DNA of 64,000 nucleotides from positions 372,546-436,545 of the forward strand of contig CAVXLC010000001.1 of NCBI GenBank assembly GCA_963762545.1. Direction: 5' to 3'. Each line of letters starts with the position of its first letter. Positions within the stretch are counted from its first letter, which is position 1. The notes below the pieces were generated by a model. That model made no database searches. It was given only the letters and a program-made list of their open reading frames with translations, and was not told the DNA's origin. Positions 20,101 through 29,667 of the stretch are shown here, in pieces. The DNA comes from an uncultured Gemmatimonadales bacterium (GTDB taxonomy: Bacteria > Gemmatimonadota > Gemmatimonadetes > Gemmatimonadales > GWC2-71-9). The translations under genes were made by a program, and so were the position numbers.

Positions 20101-20160
20101 GATAACAACATCTATCCGCGCTCGCGCACGTTCACCGGCGGCCTCACCCTGCGGTTCTGA
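17122..20160 (+). CDS. SusC/RagA family TonB-linked outer membrane protein
   Basis: Signal peptide MKPRRYVIGALLVALGVIPLRAQA. Carboxypeptidase-regulatory-like domain (GTIRGKVTNEVTGLPLAGAAV..). Plug region (NITGAVTQVSAADF, IRIRGATSINASSEPLIVIDGV). Terminal ..TFTGGLTLRF. Followed directly by a SusD-like gene. Confidence 0.9.
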   Translation: MKPRRYVIGALLVALGVIPLRAQAQTGTIRGKVTNEVTGLPLAGAAVWFGARIAQTRPDGQYVLTGVPTGTGTLHARLIGYAPTEKTVTVVSGMTIDVDLAMAASAVTLSEIVVTGYGEQRAGNITGAVTQVSAADFNTGRIISPEELIRSKVPGVQVVDNNEPGGGFSIRIRGATSINASSEPLIVIDGVAVGFGSGGGLSAGRNPLNFLDPNDIENVTVLRDASAAAIYGANAANGVLLITTKAGHRGTQFEYTGSMSSSSVTRLPDMLNAAQFRAAVTQYAPQNVGQLGNANTNWFSQVDRTAFGQEHNFAVSGADDRMNYRLSAGYLNQDGIIRGTTTERLSLGLNFQQRLFKDRLDVRANLRGSRAKDLFTPGGVLSNAAQFGPTQPILDANTPTGYYDWPGNSLQSADNPVALLNLATDRGLTYRSLGNVQASYRLPFLEGLKVNGNMNYDVTRTDRQSFYPSTLHGQTKNGNGGSDYRANQSQANTGFDTYLNYTAPLNSVPGTIDVTGGYSYAWSHAEYPYYSANGLSTNLLGGNGVTSARSVVNFQDIEESRLISVFGRVNYNYNDKYLISASLRHDGSSRFGPDNQWGNFPSASVGWRISQEPFLKDNKLFSDLKLRASWAKTGNQAFGNYQQFASYLLGADQSQAQFGNTFVPTIRPGAVDPGIKWEATNAYDVGMDFTILSQRVTGTIDWYTKNTKDLIFTVPVAAGTNLSNFVTTNIGSMKNHGLELGLSARIIEARGRGLTWTADFTASHNTNELTSINPFAGAASKILTGGIAGGVGTTIQVLKPGVPINSFYVYQHKLGADGKPIYSTKDLDMYVDQPTVLDPVACPAAPGCVGQYRPDGVINQDDRRPFHDPAPKWMLSHSSYLGYRAFDLSFTLRSYLGNYVYNNVASNLGTYSEVTRGSPYNLHASVLTTGFVTPQYLSDYYVEKASFLRMDNITLAYSFKYRAQPVRLFATVQNAFTITGYSGVDPTAGLNGIDNNIYPRSRTFTGGLTLRF

Positions 20161-20197
20161 CCGCGTCGCCATGGACTATTCCAGAATGGACGGACCT

Positions 20198-21775
20198 ATG
20201 AGCCTCAGAACCTGCAAGACGCTCGGCGCCGCGGCCACCCTGCTGATGCTGGGGGTGATTGGGTGCACGAATCTCACGGTGGAGCCGAAGAGCACCGTCA
20301 CCGAGGCCAACATCTTTACCGATGTGAGCTCGTACCGGGCCTTCATCGCGAAGGTGTACACCGGACTGGCCGTCGGAGGACAACAGGGGGGAGACGGCCA
20401 GACCGACATCCAGGGCATCGATGGCGGATTTTCGCAGTATATCCGCCTCTACTGGGAGCACCAGGAGCTGCCGAGCGATGAAGCGGTCATCGCCTGGGGC
20501 GATGTCGGCCTGCCCGAGCTGATCCAGTCGAGCTGGGGGTCGACGAACCCGTTTGTCAACGGCATGTACTACCGGATCTACTTCCAGATCGGGATGGCCA
20601 ACGAGTTCCTGCGCCAGACCACCGATGCCAAGCTGGCCGAGCGGGGTCAGACCAGCGCCGCGACCGCCGCGACGATCAAGCAGTACCGCGCCGAGGCCCG
20701 GTTCCTCCGGGCCCTGAGCTACTGGCACGGGATCGACTTGTTCGGGGACATTCCGCTGGTCACCGAGGCCGATGCGCTGGGTGCCACGCCGCCCCAACAG
20801 GCCACCCGCAAGGCGATCTACGACTTCATCGTCAGCGAGCTGACCAGCATCAAGGGTGATCTGCCGCTGCCCGGGCCGACCACCTACGGCCGTGCCACGG
20901 GCCCGGCGGCCTCCATGCTGCTGGCCCACGTCTACCTCAACGCGGCGGTCTATACCGGCACCGCGAACTATGCCGGGGCGCTGACCGAGGCCCAGGCCGC
21001 CATTGCGGGTCCCTACACCCTGGATCCCAACTATCGCCGCATGTTCATGGCCGACAACAACACGTCGCCCGAGATCATCTTCGCGGTGCCGGAGGACGGG
21101 CTCAAGACCCAGACCTACGGGAGCACCAATTTCCTGATCCACGCTTCCTGCGGCGGCAGCATGAACGCCGGCGACTATGGCGTGGATGGTTGCTGGTACG
21201 GACTCCGCATGAAGCCCGAGGCCTTCAACCGCTTTACCGCCGGAGACACCCGGAATTCCTACTTTGCCGCCGTGGGGAACGGGGTCGCAATCAACAGCAT
21301 CGGGAATTTCGATGACGGGATCAAGGCGCCCAAGTTCTCCAACCGCACCTCGACCGGTGCGGCCGGCTCGAATCCCGGGTTTGCCGACACCGATTACCCG
21401 ATGTTCCGGCTCGCCGACGCGTATCTGATTTACGCGGAGGCCGTGCTGCGGGGCGGCGGCGGCACCCGGGCCCAGGCGCTCGCGTACGTGAACGCCCTCC
21501 GGCAGCGGGCGTTCGGGAACGCCAGCGGCAACATCACCGACGGCGAGCTCACCCTGAATTTTCTGCTCGACGAGCGGGGCCGCGAGTTCCTGTGGGAGGG
21601 CCAGCGCCGGATGGACCTGATCCGGTACGGCCTGTTCACCGGCGGCACCTACCTGTGGGCGTGGAAGGGTGGCGTCAAGGCCGGCGCGGCGACCGATGCC
21701 CACCTGAACCTGTTCCCGATTCCGTCGAACGAGCTGGTGGCCAACCCGAACCTCAAGCAGAACCCGGGGTACTGA
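20198..21775 (+). CDS. SusD/RagB family nutrient-binding outer membrane lipoprotein
   Basis: Lipoprotein signal MSLRTCKTLGAAATLLMLGVIGC. SusD landmarks RAEARFLRALSYWHGIDLFGDIPL, MFRLADAYLIYAEA and IPSNELVANPNLKQNPGY. An alternative ATG at 20171 would add 9 residues. Confidence 0.85.
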   Translation: MSLRTCKTLGAAATLLMLGVIGCTNLTVEPKSTVTEANIFTDVSSYRAFIAKVYTGLAVGGQQGGDGQTDIQGIDGGFSQYIRLYWEHQELPSDEAVIAWGDVGLPELIQSSWGSTNPFVNGMYYRIYFQIGMANEFLRQTTDAKLAERGQTSAATAATIKQYRAEARFLRALSYWHGIDLFGDIPLVTEADALGATPPQQATRKAIYDFIVSELTSIKGDLPLPGPTTYGRATGPAASMLLAHVYLNAAVYTGTANYAGALTEAQAAIAGPYTLDPNYRRMFMADNNTSPEIIFAVPEDGLKTQTYGSTNFLIHASCGGSMNAGDYGVDGCWYGLRMKPEAFNRFTAGDTRNSYFAAVGNGVAINSIGNFDDGIKAPKFSNRTSTGAAGSNPGFADTDYPMFRLADAYLIYAEAVLRGGGGTRAQALAYVNALRQRAFGNASGNITDGELTLNFLLDERGREFLWEGQRRMDLIRYGLFTGGTYLWAWKGGVKAGAATDAHLNLFPIPSNELVANPNLKQNPGY

Positions 21776-21809
21776 TCGCCTCGCGTTACCTGACCCTGCA
21801 TGACACCGG

Positions 21810-21835
21810 AGCTCCGCCGCCGTTGCGGCGGAGCT
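21810..21835 (+). promoter_or_regulatory. 11-bp perfect GC-rich hairpin enclosing the amylase TTG start
   Basis: AGCTCCGCCGC (21810-21820), loop CGTT, GCGGCGGAGCT (21825-21835). It starts 35 nt after the susD-like stop. The TTG at 21823 lies in the loop/stem junction. Confidence 0.4.
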
Positions 21836-23391
21836 TCTGGCTTCTCACGCTTGCCATTGCGGCGTGCGGCAGTCAGACCACGGCCCCCCCTCCCTCGAAC
21901 CAGCTGCCCCCGGATCGGCCCTCGCTGGCGCAGACCTACCGCCCCAGCGGTCACATGGCGGCCGGGGACGTCTTCGTGCACCTGTTCGACTGGAAGTGGA
22001 CCGACATCGCCGCCGAGTGCGAGAACGTGCTCGGACCGGCCGGCTTCGCCGCGGTGCAGGTGTCGCCGCCGCAGGAACACAGCATCACGCCGAGCCACGA
22101 CTGGAGCGAGCGCTACCAGCCGGTGAGCTACAGCATCGCCCGGAGCCGCTCGGGAACCGGCGCCGAGTTCATCGATATGGTGGGCCGCTGCAAGGCGCAG
22201 GACGTCGGGATCATCGTCGACGCGGTGATCAACCACATGACCAACTCCCCGAGCCCCGGCGTCGGCAGCAACGGCACGGCCTACAGCAAGTACAATTACC
22301 CGGGGCTGTACACACCGAGCGACTTCCATCCGGCGTGTACCGTGAACAACTATCAGAGCGCCGCCAACGTGCAGGACTGCGAGCTGCTCTCGCTGCCGGA
22401 CCTCAATACCGGGCTCAGCTCGGTGCGCCAGAAGATCGCCGATTACCTGCTCATGCTGGCCCGGCTGGGCGTGGCGGGGTTCCGGATCGACGCCGCCAAA
22501 CACATCCAGCAGGTGGAGCTCGACGAGATCATCACCCGGGTAAACACCGCGCTGGCCGCCGAAGGCAAGCCGCTGCCGTATCTCTTCCTCGAGGTGATCG
22601 GCGGGGGAGGTGAGGCCCTGGCCCCGCGGGACTACTTCGGCGAGGGGTATGCCTCGGGCGGCGCCGCGGATATCACCGAATTCACCTTCGTTGGGGTCGG
22701 CAACAAATTCCGGGGCGTGGGCGGCGAGCACATCTCGCAGCTCAATCCCAACGGCACCCCCGGCAACCAGTTCTCCGACGTGGCCTGGGGCTTGATGCCC
22801 TCGGACAAGGCGGTGGTGTTCCTCCAGAACCACGACACCCAGCACAACTGCGGCATCGGCTACCGGGACGGGGACGCCTTCCGCCTGGCGAATGTGTGGA
22901 TGCTGGCGCAGCCCTACGGCTATCCGTCGGTTCTATCGAGCTTCGCGTTCGACTGCCCGGGGGGTAACTCGATGGGCCCGCCGTCCGACGGGAACGGGAA
23001 CACCATTGATCTGGTCTGCGCCGCGAGCCTCGAGACGGCCACGATCGGCAAGTGGGTCTGCGAGCACCGGGACCCGTCCATCCGCAACATGGTGCGCTTC
23101 CGCCGCGTGGTGGCCGGGACCGACCTCAACCACTGGTGGGACGACGGGGTCAACGCCATCGCGTTCTCGCGCGGGGACAAGGGCTTCGTGGCCATCAACA
23201 ACGGGAGCGGTGGGGCGACAGTAGACGTCGTGACCGGACTGGCGCCGGGGACCTACTGCGATCTCCTGACCGGCGGGCTGACCGGAGCGATCTGCGGGGG
23301 CAAGTCGGTGGGGGTTGATGCCGGCGGCCACGTGCACTTCGACCTGCCGGCGAAATCGGCTGTCGCGATCGACGTCGCCACGAAACAATGA
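21823..23391 (+). CDS. alpha-amylase (GH13), lipoprotein
   Basis: There is no in-frame ATG or GTG upstream of the signal peptide. TTG at 21823 gives (M)RRSFWLLTLAIAACGS with a lipobox. Catalytic-domain landmarks FVHLFDWKWTDIAAECE..VQVSPPQEH, IIVDAVINHM, GFRIDAAKHI, FLEVIGG, FLQNHDTQ. Confidence 0.85.
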   Translation: MRRSFWLLTLAIAACGSQTTAPPPSNQLPPDRPSLAQTYRPSGHMAAGDVFVHLFDWKWTDIAAECENVLGPAGFAAVQVSPPQEHSITPSHDWSERYQPVSYSIARSRSGTGAEFIDMVGRCKAQDVGIIVDAVINHMTNSPSPGVGSNGTAYSKYNYPGLYTPSDFHPACTVNNYQSAANVQDCELLSLPDLNTGLSSVRQKIADYLLMLARLGVAGFRIDAAKHIQQVELDEIITRVNTALAAEGKPLPYLFLEVIGGGGEALAPRDYFGEGYASGGAADITEFTFVGVGNKFRGVGGEHISQLNPNGTPGNQFSDVAWGLMPSDKAVVFLQNHDTQHNCGIGYRDGDAFRLANVWMLAQPYGYPSVLSSFAFDCPGGNSMGPPSDGNGNTIDLVCAASLETATIGKWVCEHRDPSIRNMVRFRRVVAGTDLNHWWDDGVNAIAFSRGDKGFVAINNGSGGATVDVVTGLAPGTYCDLLTGGLTGAICGGKSVGVDAGGHVHFDLPAKSAVAIDVATKQ

Positions 23392-25007
23392 GCTTCCTCC
23401 GTCGGTCGCTGGCCGGGGCACTGCTGCTCTGGAGCGTGGCGCCGGCTTCCGGGGCCGTTGTCCAGGAGCAGCCGGCCTGGACCCGCGGCGCCGTCTGCTA
23501 CGAAGTGTTCGTCCGCTCCTTTGCCGACAGCGACGGCGACGGCATCGGAGATCTCAACGGGTTGATCGCGAGACTCGACTACATCAACGACGGCAATCCC
23601 GCCACCGGGTCCGACCTCGGCGCCTCGTGCATCTGGCTGATGCCGATCACCGCCTCGCCCAGCTATCACGGGTACGACGTCAGCGACTACTACCGGGTCA
23701 AGCCGGAGTACGGCACCAATGAGGACTTCACCCGGCTGGTCGCGGAATCGCACCGGCGAGGGATCCGCGTCCTCGTGGACATGGTGCTCAACCACGCCTC
23801 GAGCGACCACCCGTCCTTCCAGGCGGCGCTCCGGGACACCACCTCACCCTTCCGGGCCTGGTATCGCTTTTCTCCGACGCCGCTCGGCAAGGGTCCCTGG
23901 GGCGCCGAGGCGTGGCACCGGTCGCCGGTGCGGGACGAGTACTACTACGGGGTGTTCTGGAAGGGGATGCCGGATCTCAACTACGAGACGCCGGCGGTGC
24001 GGGAGGAAGCCAAGAAGGTTGCTACATACTGGCTGCGAGAGATGGGCGTCGACGGGTTCCGGCTCGACGCGGTGCCCTACCTGCTGGAGGAGGGGAGTTG
24101 CCAGCAGGACTGCGCCGGCACCCACGCGTTTCTGCGGGAGTACGCGGCGCACATCGACAGTATCGCGCCCGGGGCGTACACCGTGGGCGAGGTGTGGGAC
24201 AGCCTGGGGAGGATCCTTCCGTACTACCCCGACCAGCTGACCTCGTACTTCGCCTTCGACCTGGCCGATTCGCTGATTTCGGCTGTCCGGAGGGGATCGC
24301 CGGGCGGGCTGATTTCAAGCTATCTCCGCTATCAAGACACGATGCCCGCGCACCGCTGGTCGCCGCTGCTCAGCAACCACGACGGTACCCGCACCATGAC
24401 CCGGCTGGGTGGAGACGTGGCCGCCGCGAAGCTCGCCGCGACGCTGCTGCTCACGCTGCCCGGGCTGCCGTTCGTCTATTACGGGGAAGAGATCGGGATG
24501 ACCGGCGACAAGCCGGACGAGCGGCTGCGGACCCCGATGCAGTGGACGGCGGGACGGGGTGGCGGGTTTACCACGGGCGCGCCGTGGGAGAGCGCCCAGC
24601 CCGACTCGATGACGACCACCGTGGCGGCGCAGAGCGAGGACTCGGGCTCGCTGCTGACGTTGTACCGCCGGCTGATCCACCTGCGCCGGGAGAATGGCGC
24701 ACTTGCGGTCGGGCGGCTGGTGCCGCTCTCCAGCGGCAGCCCGGCGGTGACCGCCTACCTCCGCCGTGCCGGAGATCGCGCCGTGCTGGTGGTTGCCAAT
24801 GTGAGCGGCATGGCGGTCTCGCGGGTCTCGATCGGCTCCGGGCCCGGAGCCCTGCCGCCCGGCAGGTACCGGCCGCGGAACCTGCTGGGCGGTGCGCATG
24901 GCGCCCGGCTGGAGGTGGGCCGCGATGGGCGGGTGCGGGGCTACGCCCCGATTCCCGGCGCGCTGGGCCCGAGGGAGAGCCTGGTGCTCGACCTCACCCG
25001 CCGGTAG
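23388..25007 (+). CDS. GH13 alpha-amylase family glycosidase (alpha-glucosidase / maltodextrinase-like)
   Basis: ATGA overlap with the upstream amylase stop. Signal peptide present. YEVFVRSFADSDGDGIGDLNG, VLVDMVLNHAS, GFRLDAVPYL, VGEVWD, LLSNHDGTR. Confidence 0.85.
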   Translation: MSFLRRSLAGALLLWSVAPASGAVVQEQPAWTRGAVCYEVFVRSFADSDGDGIGDLNGLIARLDYINDGNPATGSDLGASCIWLMPITASPSYHGYDVSDYYRVKPEYGTNEDFTRLVAESHRRGIRVLVDMVLNHASSDHPSFQAALRDTTSPFRAWYRFSPTPLGKGPWGAEAWHRSPVRDEYYYGVFWKGMPDLNYETPAVREEAKKVATYWLREMGVDGFRLDAVPYLLEEGSCQQDCAGTHAFLREYAAHIDSIAPGAYTVGEVWDSLGRILPYYPDQLTSYFAFDLADSLISAVRRGSPGGLISSYLRYQDTMPAHRWSPLLSNHDGTRTMTRLGGDVAAAKLAATLLLTLPGLPFVYYGEEIGMTGDKPDERLRTPMQWTAGRGGGFTTGAPWESAQPDSMTTTVAAQSEDSGSLLTLYRRLIHLRRENGALAVGRLVPLSSGSPAVTAYLRRAGDRAVLVVANVSGMAVSRVSIGSGPGALPPGRYRPRNLLGGAHGARLEVGRDGRVRGYAPIPGALGPRESLVLDLTRR

Positions 25008-26394
25008 GCGGCCGGTGGCCCGCCGGGCGGCGCACCAGCACTACCGCACCATAGGCGGGAAGGGTGACGGTGCCGCCGTGCCGGATCCGGCACGACAGCA
25101 GATCGCGGGCTCCGTCGGCATCGAACCCGGTGATGCCCACACTGATGGTGCGGGACCGTACGTTCACCAGGACCACCGCGTCGCCGCGACGATAGGCAAT
25201 CACGTCGTCGGGGGCGGTCGTCTCGACTGCGGCAAGGCTCCCCGACACGAAGGCGGAATCGGTCCGCGCGAGGCCGAGCATCCGCCGATAGAAGGCCCGG
25301 GCCTCGGCGGCGTGGGGCTGGCTCCAGGCGATCGGCTGGCGCACGAACAAGCCGAGCTTCTGGGGGCTCTCGACCTCCTGCCCGTCGTACAGCAGGGGCC
25401 GGCCCGGCAGCAGCGCCATGGCGACGTAGGCCGCGCGGGCGCCCGCCGGGCCCCCGAAGAGCGTCACCGGCGGCTGGTCCCAGGCGGTCTCGTCGTGATT
25501 GGTGGTGAAGCGGAGCCGCATGCCGCCCGGCGGCATGGCGCGCTGGTCGGCCAGCTCGCGCTCGACGAAGGCGGCGGCCGGCGCGCCCTTCCAGACCGCC
25601 TTGAGTCCCTGATATGCGTCCCAGGGGTAGGTCAGATCGAAGCCCCACCGGTGCATCTTCAGATCGCCCCACTCGGCGAGCAGCAGAATCCGACGCCCGG
25701 CGGCGGCCCGCAGCGCGGGCACGGCCTCGCGCCAGAAGTCGTCGGGGACGAAACCGGCGGCATCGACCCGGAATCCGTCGACCTGCATCTCCTCCAGCCA
25801 GTAGCGCATGGCGGCGATCATCTCGCGCCGCAGCCCGGGGTTGTGGTAATCGAGCTGCGCGACGTCGGTCCAGTCGGTGAGCTTGCCCTGATCGTCGCGC
25901 GGAACAGTGAGGCCGCCGCTATCGTTCCGGACGTAGAAGTCGGGGTGGTCCCGGACCCAGACGTTGTCCCACGCGGTATGGTTGGGGACCCAGTCGAGGA
26001 TGAGCCGCATCCCCCGCGCGTGGACCGCCCGGACCAGGGCCCGGAAATCCGCCGCGGTGCCGAAGGCGGGATTGATGGCCCGGTAGTCCTGCACCGAGTA
26101 GGGAGATCCGAGCGGATCCTTGCGGTGCAGGATCCCGACCGGATAGATCGGCATCAGCCAGACGACGTTCGCCCCGACGGCCCGGATGCGGTCCAGCCCG
26201 GCAGTGACGCCCCGCAGATTGCCGGTGGGCGAGAAGTCCCGGACAAAGACCTCGTAGATCGCGCTCCTGGCCACCCACGCCGTGTCCGGGGCCAGGGCGG
26301 TGGCGGTGCGCGGCGCGCCGGGGGGTTGGGCCGCCGCGGGAGACGCCGCCGCCAGCATGAGCCAGGCGAAGGCCGCGACGAAGCGATTCCACAT
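24994..26394 (-). CDS. GH13 alpha-amylase family protein, secreted
   Basis: MWNRFVAAFAWLMLAAASPAAAQ signal (ATG at 26394; GTG at 26403 also possible). IYEVFVRDFS, VWLMPIYP, LILDWVPNHTA, GFRVDAAGFV, LLAEW, FTTNHDE. The 3-prime end overlaps the convergent GH13 gene by 14 nt. Confidence 0.8.
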   Translation of the reverse strand: MWNRFVAAFAWLMLAAASPAAAQPPGAPRTATALAPDTAWVARSAIYEVFVRDFSPTGNLRGVTAGLDRIRAVGANVVWLMPIYPVGILHRKDPLGSPYSVQDYRAINPAFGTAADFRALVRAVHARGMRLILDWVPNHTAWDNVWVRDHPDFYVRNDSGGLTVPRDDQGKLTDWTDVAQLDYHNPGLRREMIAAMRYWLEEMQVDGFRVDAAGFVPDDFWREAVPALRAAAGRRILLLAEWGDLKMHRWGFDLTYPWDAYQGLKAVWKGAPAAAFVERELADQRAMPPGGMRLRFTTNHDETAWDQPPVTLFGGPAGARAAYVAMALLPGRPLLYDGQEVESPQKLGLFVRQPIAWSQPHAAEARAFYRRMLGLARTDSAFVSGSLAAVETTAPDDVIAYRRGDAVVLVNVRSRTISVGITGFDADGARDLLSCRIRHGGTVTLPAYGAVVLVRRPAGHRPPTGG

Positions 26395-26474
26395 CTGCGT
26401 CACCCCAGGATCGAAGGACGTGTTCCGATCGCCAATGTAGCGGCCGCCGTGAGCCGGCGGGAGGGAACCCGGAG

Positions 26475-28952
26475 ATGCGCATGATCCGCGTGGTCACGTC
26501 AATCCTGCTCGGCCTGTCCACGCTCGCGGGCGGGCCGGGTCGCGCCGCCGCCCAGCGCCAGCGCCTGTCCATGGACCCGGGGTGGCGCTTTACCCTGGGT
26601 GATCCGGCGGGTGCCGAACAGCCTGGCTACGACGACCATCAATGGCGCCGCCTCGACCTGCCGCACGACTGGAGCATCGAGGGCACGCCCCGCCAGGACG
26701 CCCCCGGCGGCGGACGGGTCGGCTACTTCCCCTCGGGGCTGGGCTGGTACCGCAAGGCGTTCCGATTGCCCGCCGGGCCTCGCGACCGGGAGGCCTGGCT
26801 CGAATTCGACGGCGTGTACATGAACAGCGACGTCTGGGTCAATGGCGTCCATCTGGGCCGGCGCCCCTATGGCTACAGCAGCTTTGCGTACGACCTCACC
26901 AGCCACCTGGCTCCCGGCGTGAACGTGGTGGCGGTACGGGTGGACAATTCGCGCCAGCCGAATTCGCGCTGGTATACCGGCAGCGGCATCTACCGCCACG
27001 TCTGGCTGACCCTGGTGAACCCGCTGCACGTGGCCCACTGGGGCACCTCCGTGACGACCCCGCGCGCCGATTCGGTCGGGGCCACGGTGGTGGCGCGCAC
27101 CCGGGTCGAGAACGGCGCCGGCGCACCGCGCCGAGGGATGCTTCGGACGTCGATCGCCGACGGGGCGGGGCGGGAGGTGGCCCGCACCGAAACACCCTTC
27201 ACGGTGAGCGCCGGCCACTCCATCGAGCTGGAACAGCGCTTGGAGGTGCCGTCGCCCCGGCTCTGGTCGGTGGAAACCCCGGCCCTGTACCAGCTCCGCT
27301 CGGTGGTGCTGACCGGCGCCGGCGCGGCCGATGACGTCACGACTTCCTTCGGCATTCGCGCCATCGCCTACGACAAGGACCGCGGATTCCTGCTGAACGG
27401 CCGGCCGGTCAAGATGCGGGGCGTCAACCTGCACCATGACGGGGGCGGGGTCGGCGCGGCGGTACCGGAGCGGGTGTGGGAGCGGCGGCTCACGCTGCTC
27501 AAGGCCATGGGGGCGAACGCCATCCGCACGTCCCATAACCCGCCGGCGCCCGAGTTCCTCGATCTGTGCGACCGACTGGGCTTCCTGGTCATGGCGGAGG
27601 CGTTCGACGAATGGACCACGGCCAAGGTGCCCGAGGGGTACCATCAGTACTTTGCCGAGTGGTCCGAGCGCGACGTCACCGATTTCATCCACCGGGACCG
27701 CAACCACCCCTCGATCGTGCTCTGGAGCGCGGGCAACGAGATCGGCGAGCAGACCACACCCGACGGACCCCAGGTGCTGCGCCGGCTGGTCGACCTCTTC
27801 CACCGGGAAGACCCGACCCGGCCGGTCACCACCGGCAACGATCACATTGCCGCGGACGACGGGGCCGCTACGCCGGCGTTCCTCGAGGGCCTGGACATCG
27901 TGGGCTACAACTACGTGGACCGCTGGCACGAGCGGCGCGAGCTGTTTGCGGAGGAGGACCGGCACGCCCATCCCGAGTGGAAGATGATCGGCACCGAGAG
28001 CGGCTCCATCTTCGAGAGCTTCGACGAGCGTTACTCGCTGGGCCCCGATCCGGCGGTCGTGCGGGCCAACTATGCCTCCGGCATGCTCGAGGCGGAGCGG
28101 CTCTGGAAGTGGGTGACCCTGCACGATTACTTCGCGGGCAACTTCATGTGGACCGGGGTCGACTACCTGGGTGAGAGCACCTGGCCCTTCCACGGCTTCG
28201 CCTCCGGGGCCATGGATATCACCGGGTTCCCCAAGGACGCGTATTACCTGTACCAGAGCCTGTGGACCAGCCAGCCGGTGCTTCACCTCTTTCCCCACTG
28301 GAACTGGCCGGGGCGGGAAGGCCAGAGCGTCCCGGTGCTCGCGTACACCAACTGCAACAGCGTGGAGCTGTTCCTCAACGGGAGGTCGCTGGGCGAAAAG
28401 CGCCTGGAGTTCCCGGCCCAGGGCACCTCGGGGGGCTGGAACAGCTACGCCCAGCCGGTCGTCCGCGCCACGACCAACGACCTGCACCTGAGCTGGGACG
28501 TGCCCTACGAGCCGGGCGTGCTGCGGGCGGTGGGCAAGCGGCGGGACGGCACCGTGGCGTGCCACGCCGAAGTGCGCACTGCGGGCCCGGCCGCGGCGAT
28601 CCGCCTCACCGTGGACCGGGATACGATAACCGCCGAGCCGGGGGACGTGGCGCACCTCACCATCGAGATCGTGGATTCGGCCGGCACGGTGGTTCCTACC
28701 GCCGGCGCCCTGATTCATGTCGCGGTGACCGGCGGCAGCCTCCTGTCACTCGACAACGCGGACCCGCAGGACCACGAGCCGTTCCGCTCCGACCACCGGC
28801 ACGTGCTCAATGGCCGGGCGCTCGCCATCCTGCGCGCCGGGCAACCGGGCGTCCTGCGCGTAACGGTCGGGGCGGATGGACTGGGCCAGGCGAGCATCAA
28901 CGTGCCGGTGACGCCGGGCCACGAGCCGCCGGCGGTCCCGCCGGCGCGCTAA
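26475..28952 (+). CDS. glycoside hydrolase family 2 (beta-galactosidase-like)
   Basis: Signal peptide. W..LDLPHDWSIEG sugar-binding-domain start. NAIRTSHNPPAPEFLDLCDRLGFLVMAEAFDEW, VLWSAGNEIGE (acid/base region), MIGTESGS (nucleophile region). Confidence 0.85.
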   Translation: MRMIRVVTSILLGLSTLAGGPGRAAAQRQRLSMDPGWRFTLGDPAGAEQPGYDDHQWRRLDLPHDWSIEGTPRQDAPGGGRVGYFPSGLGWYRKAFRLPAGPRDREAWLEFDGVYMNSDVWVNGVHLGRRPYGYSSFAYDLTSHLAPGVNVVAVRVDNSRQPNSRWYTGSGIYRHVWLTLVNPLHVAHWGTSVTTPRADSVGATVVARTRVENGAGAPRRGMLRTSIADGAGREVARTETPFTVSAGHSIELEQRLEVPSPRLWSVETPALYQLRSVVLTGAGAADDVTTSFGIRAIAYDKDRGFLLNGRPVKMRGVNLHHDGGGVGAAVPERVWERRLTLLKAMGANAIRTSHNPPAPEFLDLCDRLGFLVMAEAFDEWTTAKVPEGYHQYFAEWSERDVTDFIHRDRNHPSIVLWSAGNEIGEQTTPDGPQVLRRLVDLFHREDPTRPVTTGNDHIAADDGAATPAFLEGLDIVGYNYVDRWHERRELFAEEDRHAHPEWKMIGTESGSIFESFDERYSLGPDPAVVRANYASGMLEAERLWKWVTLHDYFAGNFMWTGVDYLGESTWPFHGFASGAMDITGFPKDAYYLYQSLWTSQPVLHLFPHWNWPGREGQSVPVLAYTNCNSVELFLNGRSLGEKRLEFPAQGTSGGWNSYAQPVVRATTNDLHLSWDVPYEPGVLRAVGKRRDGTVACHAEVRTAGPAAAIRLTVDRDTITAEPGDVAHLTIEIVDSAGTVVPTAGALIHVAVTGGSLLSLDNADPQDHEPFRSDHRHVLNGRALAILRAGQPGVLRVTVGADGLGQASINVPVTPGHEPPAVPPAR

Positions 28953-29036
28953 GGAGACTCCATGCAACCGCGCCGCCTCCCTCCAGGCCAGGAGGAAAGC
29001 GCGAGCGCATCGCCTGGTTGGACCGTTGGCCGGGGA

Positions 29037-29450
29037 TTACGGCCGCACTGTCGCGATGCTGTTCGTCAGAGTGGTCGCGACCTCGAAGTCCACGATGGCG
29101 CCGGGAGCGAGCAGGAGCCGATCGGACCGGACCGGCGGCTCGCGGTCGCTTGCTCGGGCCACGAATTCCACCGGACCGTTGGCGAACATGGCCGGGCTCA
29201 GCACGAAATGGCTGGCGAGTCCCGGAAGCACCCTTCCCATCCAGTGGACAGTCCCGGAACCGACGGCGTAGATCTCCATCGGGCCGTTATAGTGGTTGGC
29301 GACGTTCAGTTGAACGGCGTTCTCGACAGCTGGTGGGTTCACCGCGTTGCCCGCCGCGCTGAAGCCGGGCGCACACGCGGAGCCCGTCAGGAGGAGCCCC
29401 AGGATGAGGATGGACGATCCTCGGTGTCCGGAGCCGATCCGTTTCGTCAT
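29037..29450 (-). CDS. hypothetical small lipoprotein
   Basis: MTKRIGSGHRGSSILILGLLLTGSAC has a lipobox. The 137-aa product is beta-rich. No family recognised. Confidence 0.5.
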   Translation of the reverse strand: MTKRIGSGHRGSSILILGLLLTGSACAPGFSAAGNAVNPPAVENAVQLNVANHYNGPMEIYAVGSGTVHWMGRVLPGLASHFVLSPAMFANGPVEFVARASDREPPVRSDRLLLAPGAIVDFEVATTLTNSIATVRP

Positions 29451-29667
29451 GATGCACCTCCTGTGAAGGGTGGAGCCGGGCGGCCCTCGACCGGGCCACC
29501 GAGCCCGGCTCGCCAGGATCCCAAGCTGAGACCCGGGCGTCGCGGCATCGTCGTGGTGGCGTCGGAGCGGCGTCGAAGTACATCCCCGTCCCCTCTTGCC
29601 GGCGGGTCATCCGCAAGGCAGCATTAGGCTTAGCCCGAGAGCGGCGAGAAAGGCGGCAAGGATCAGC

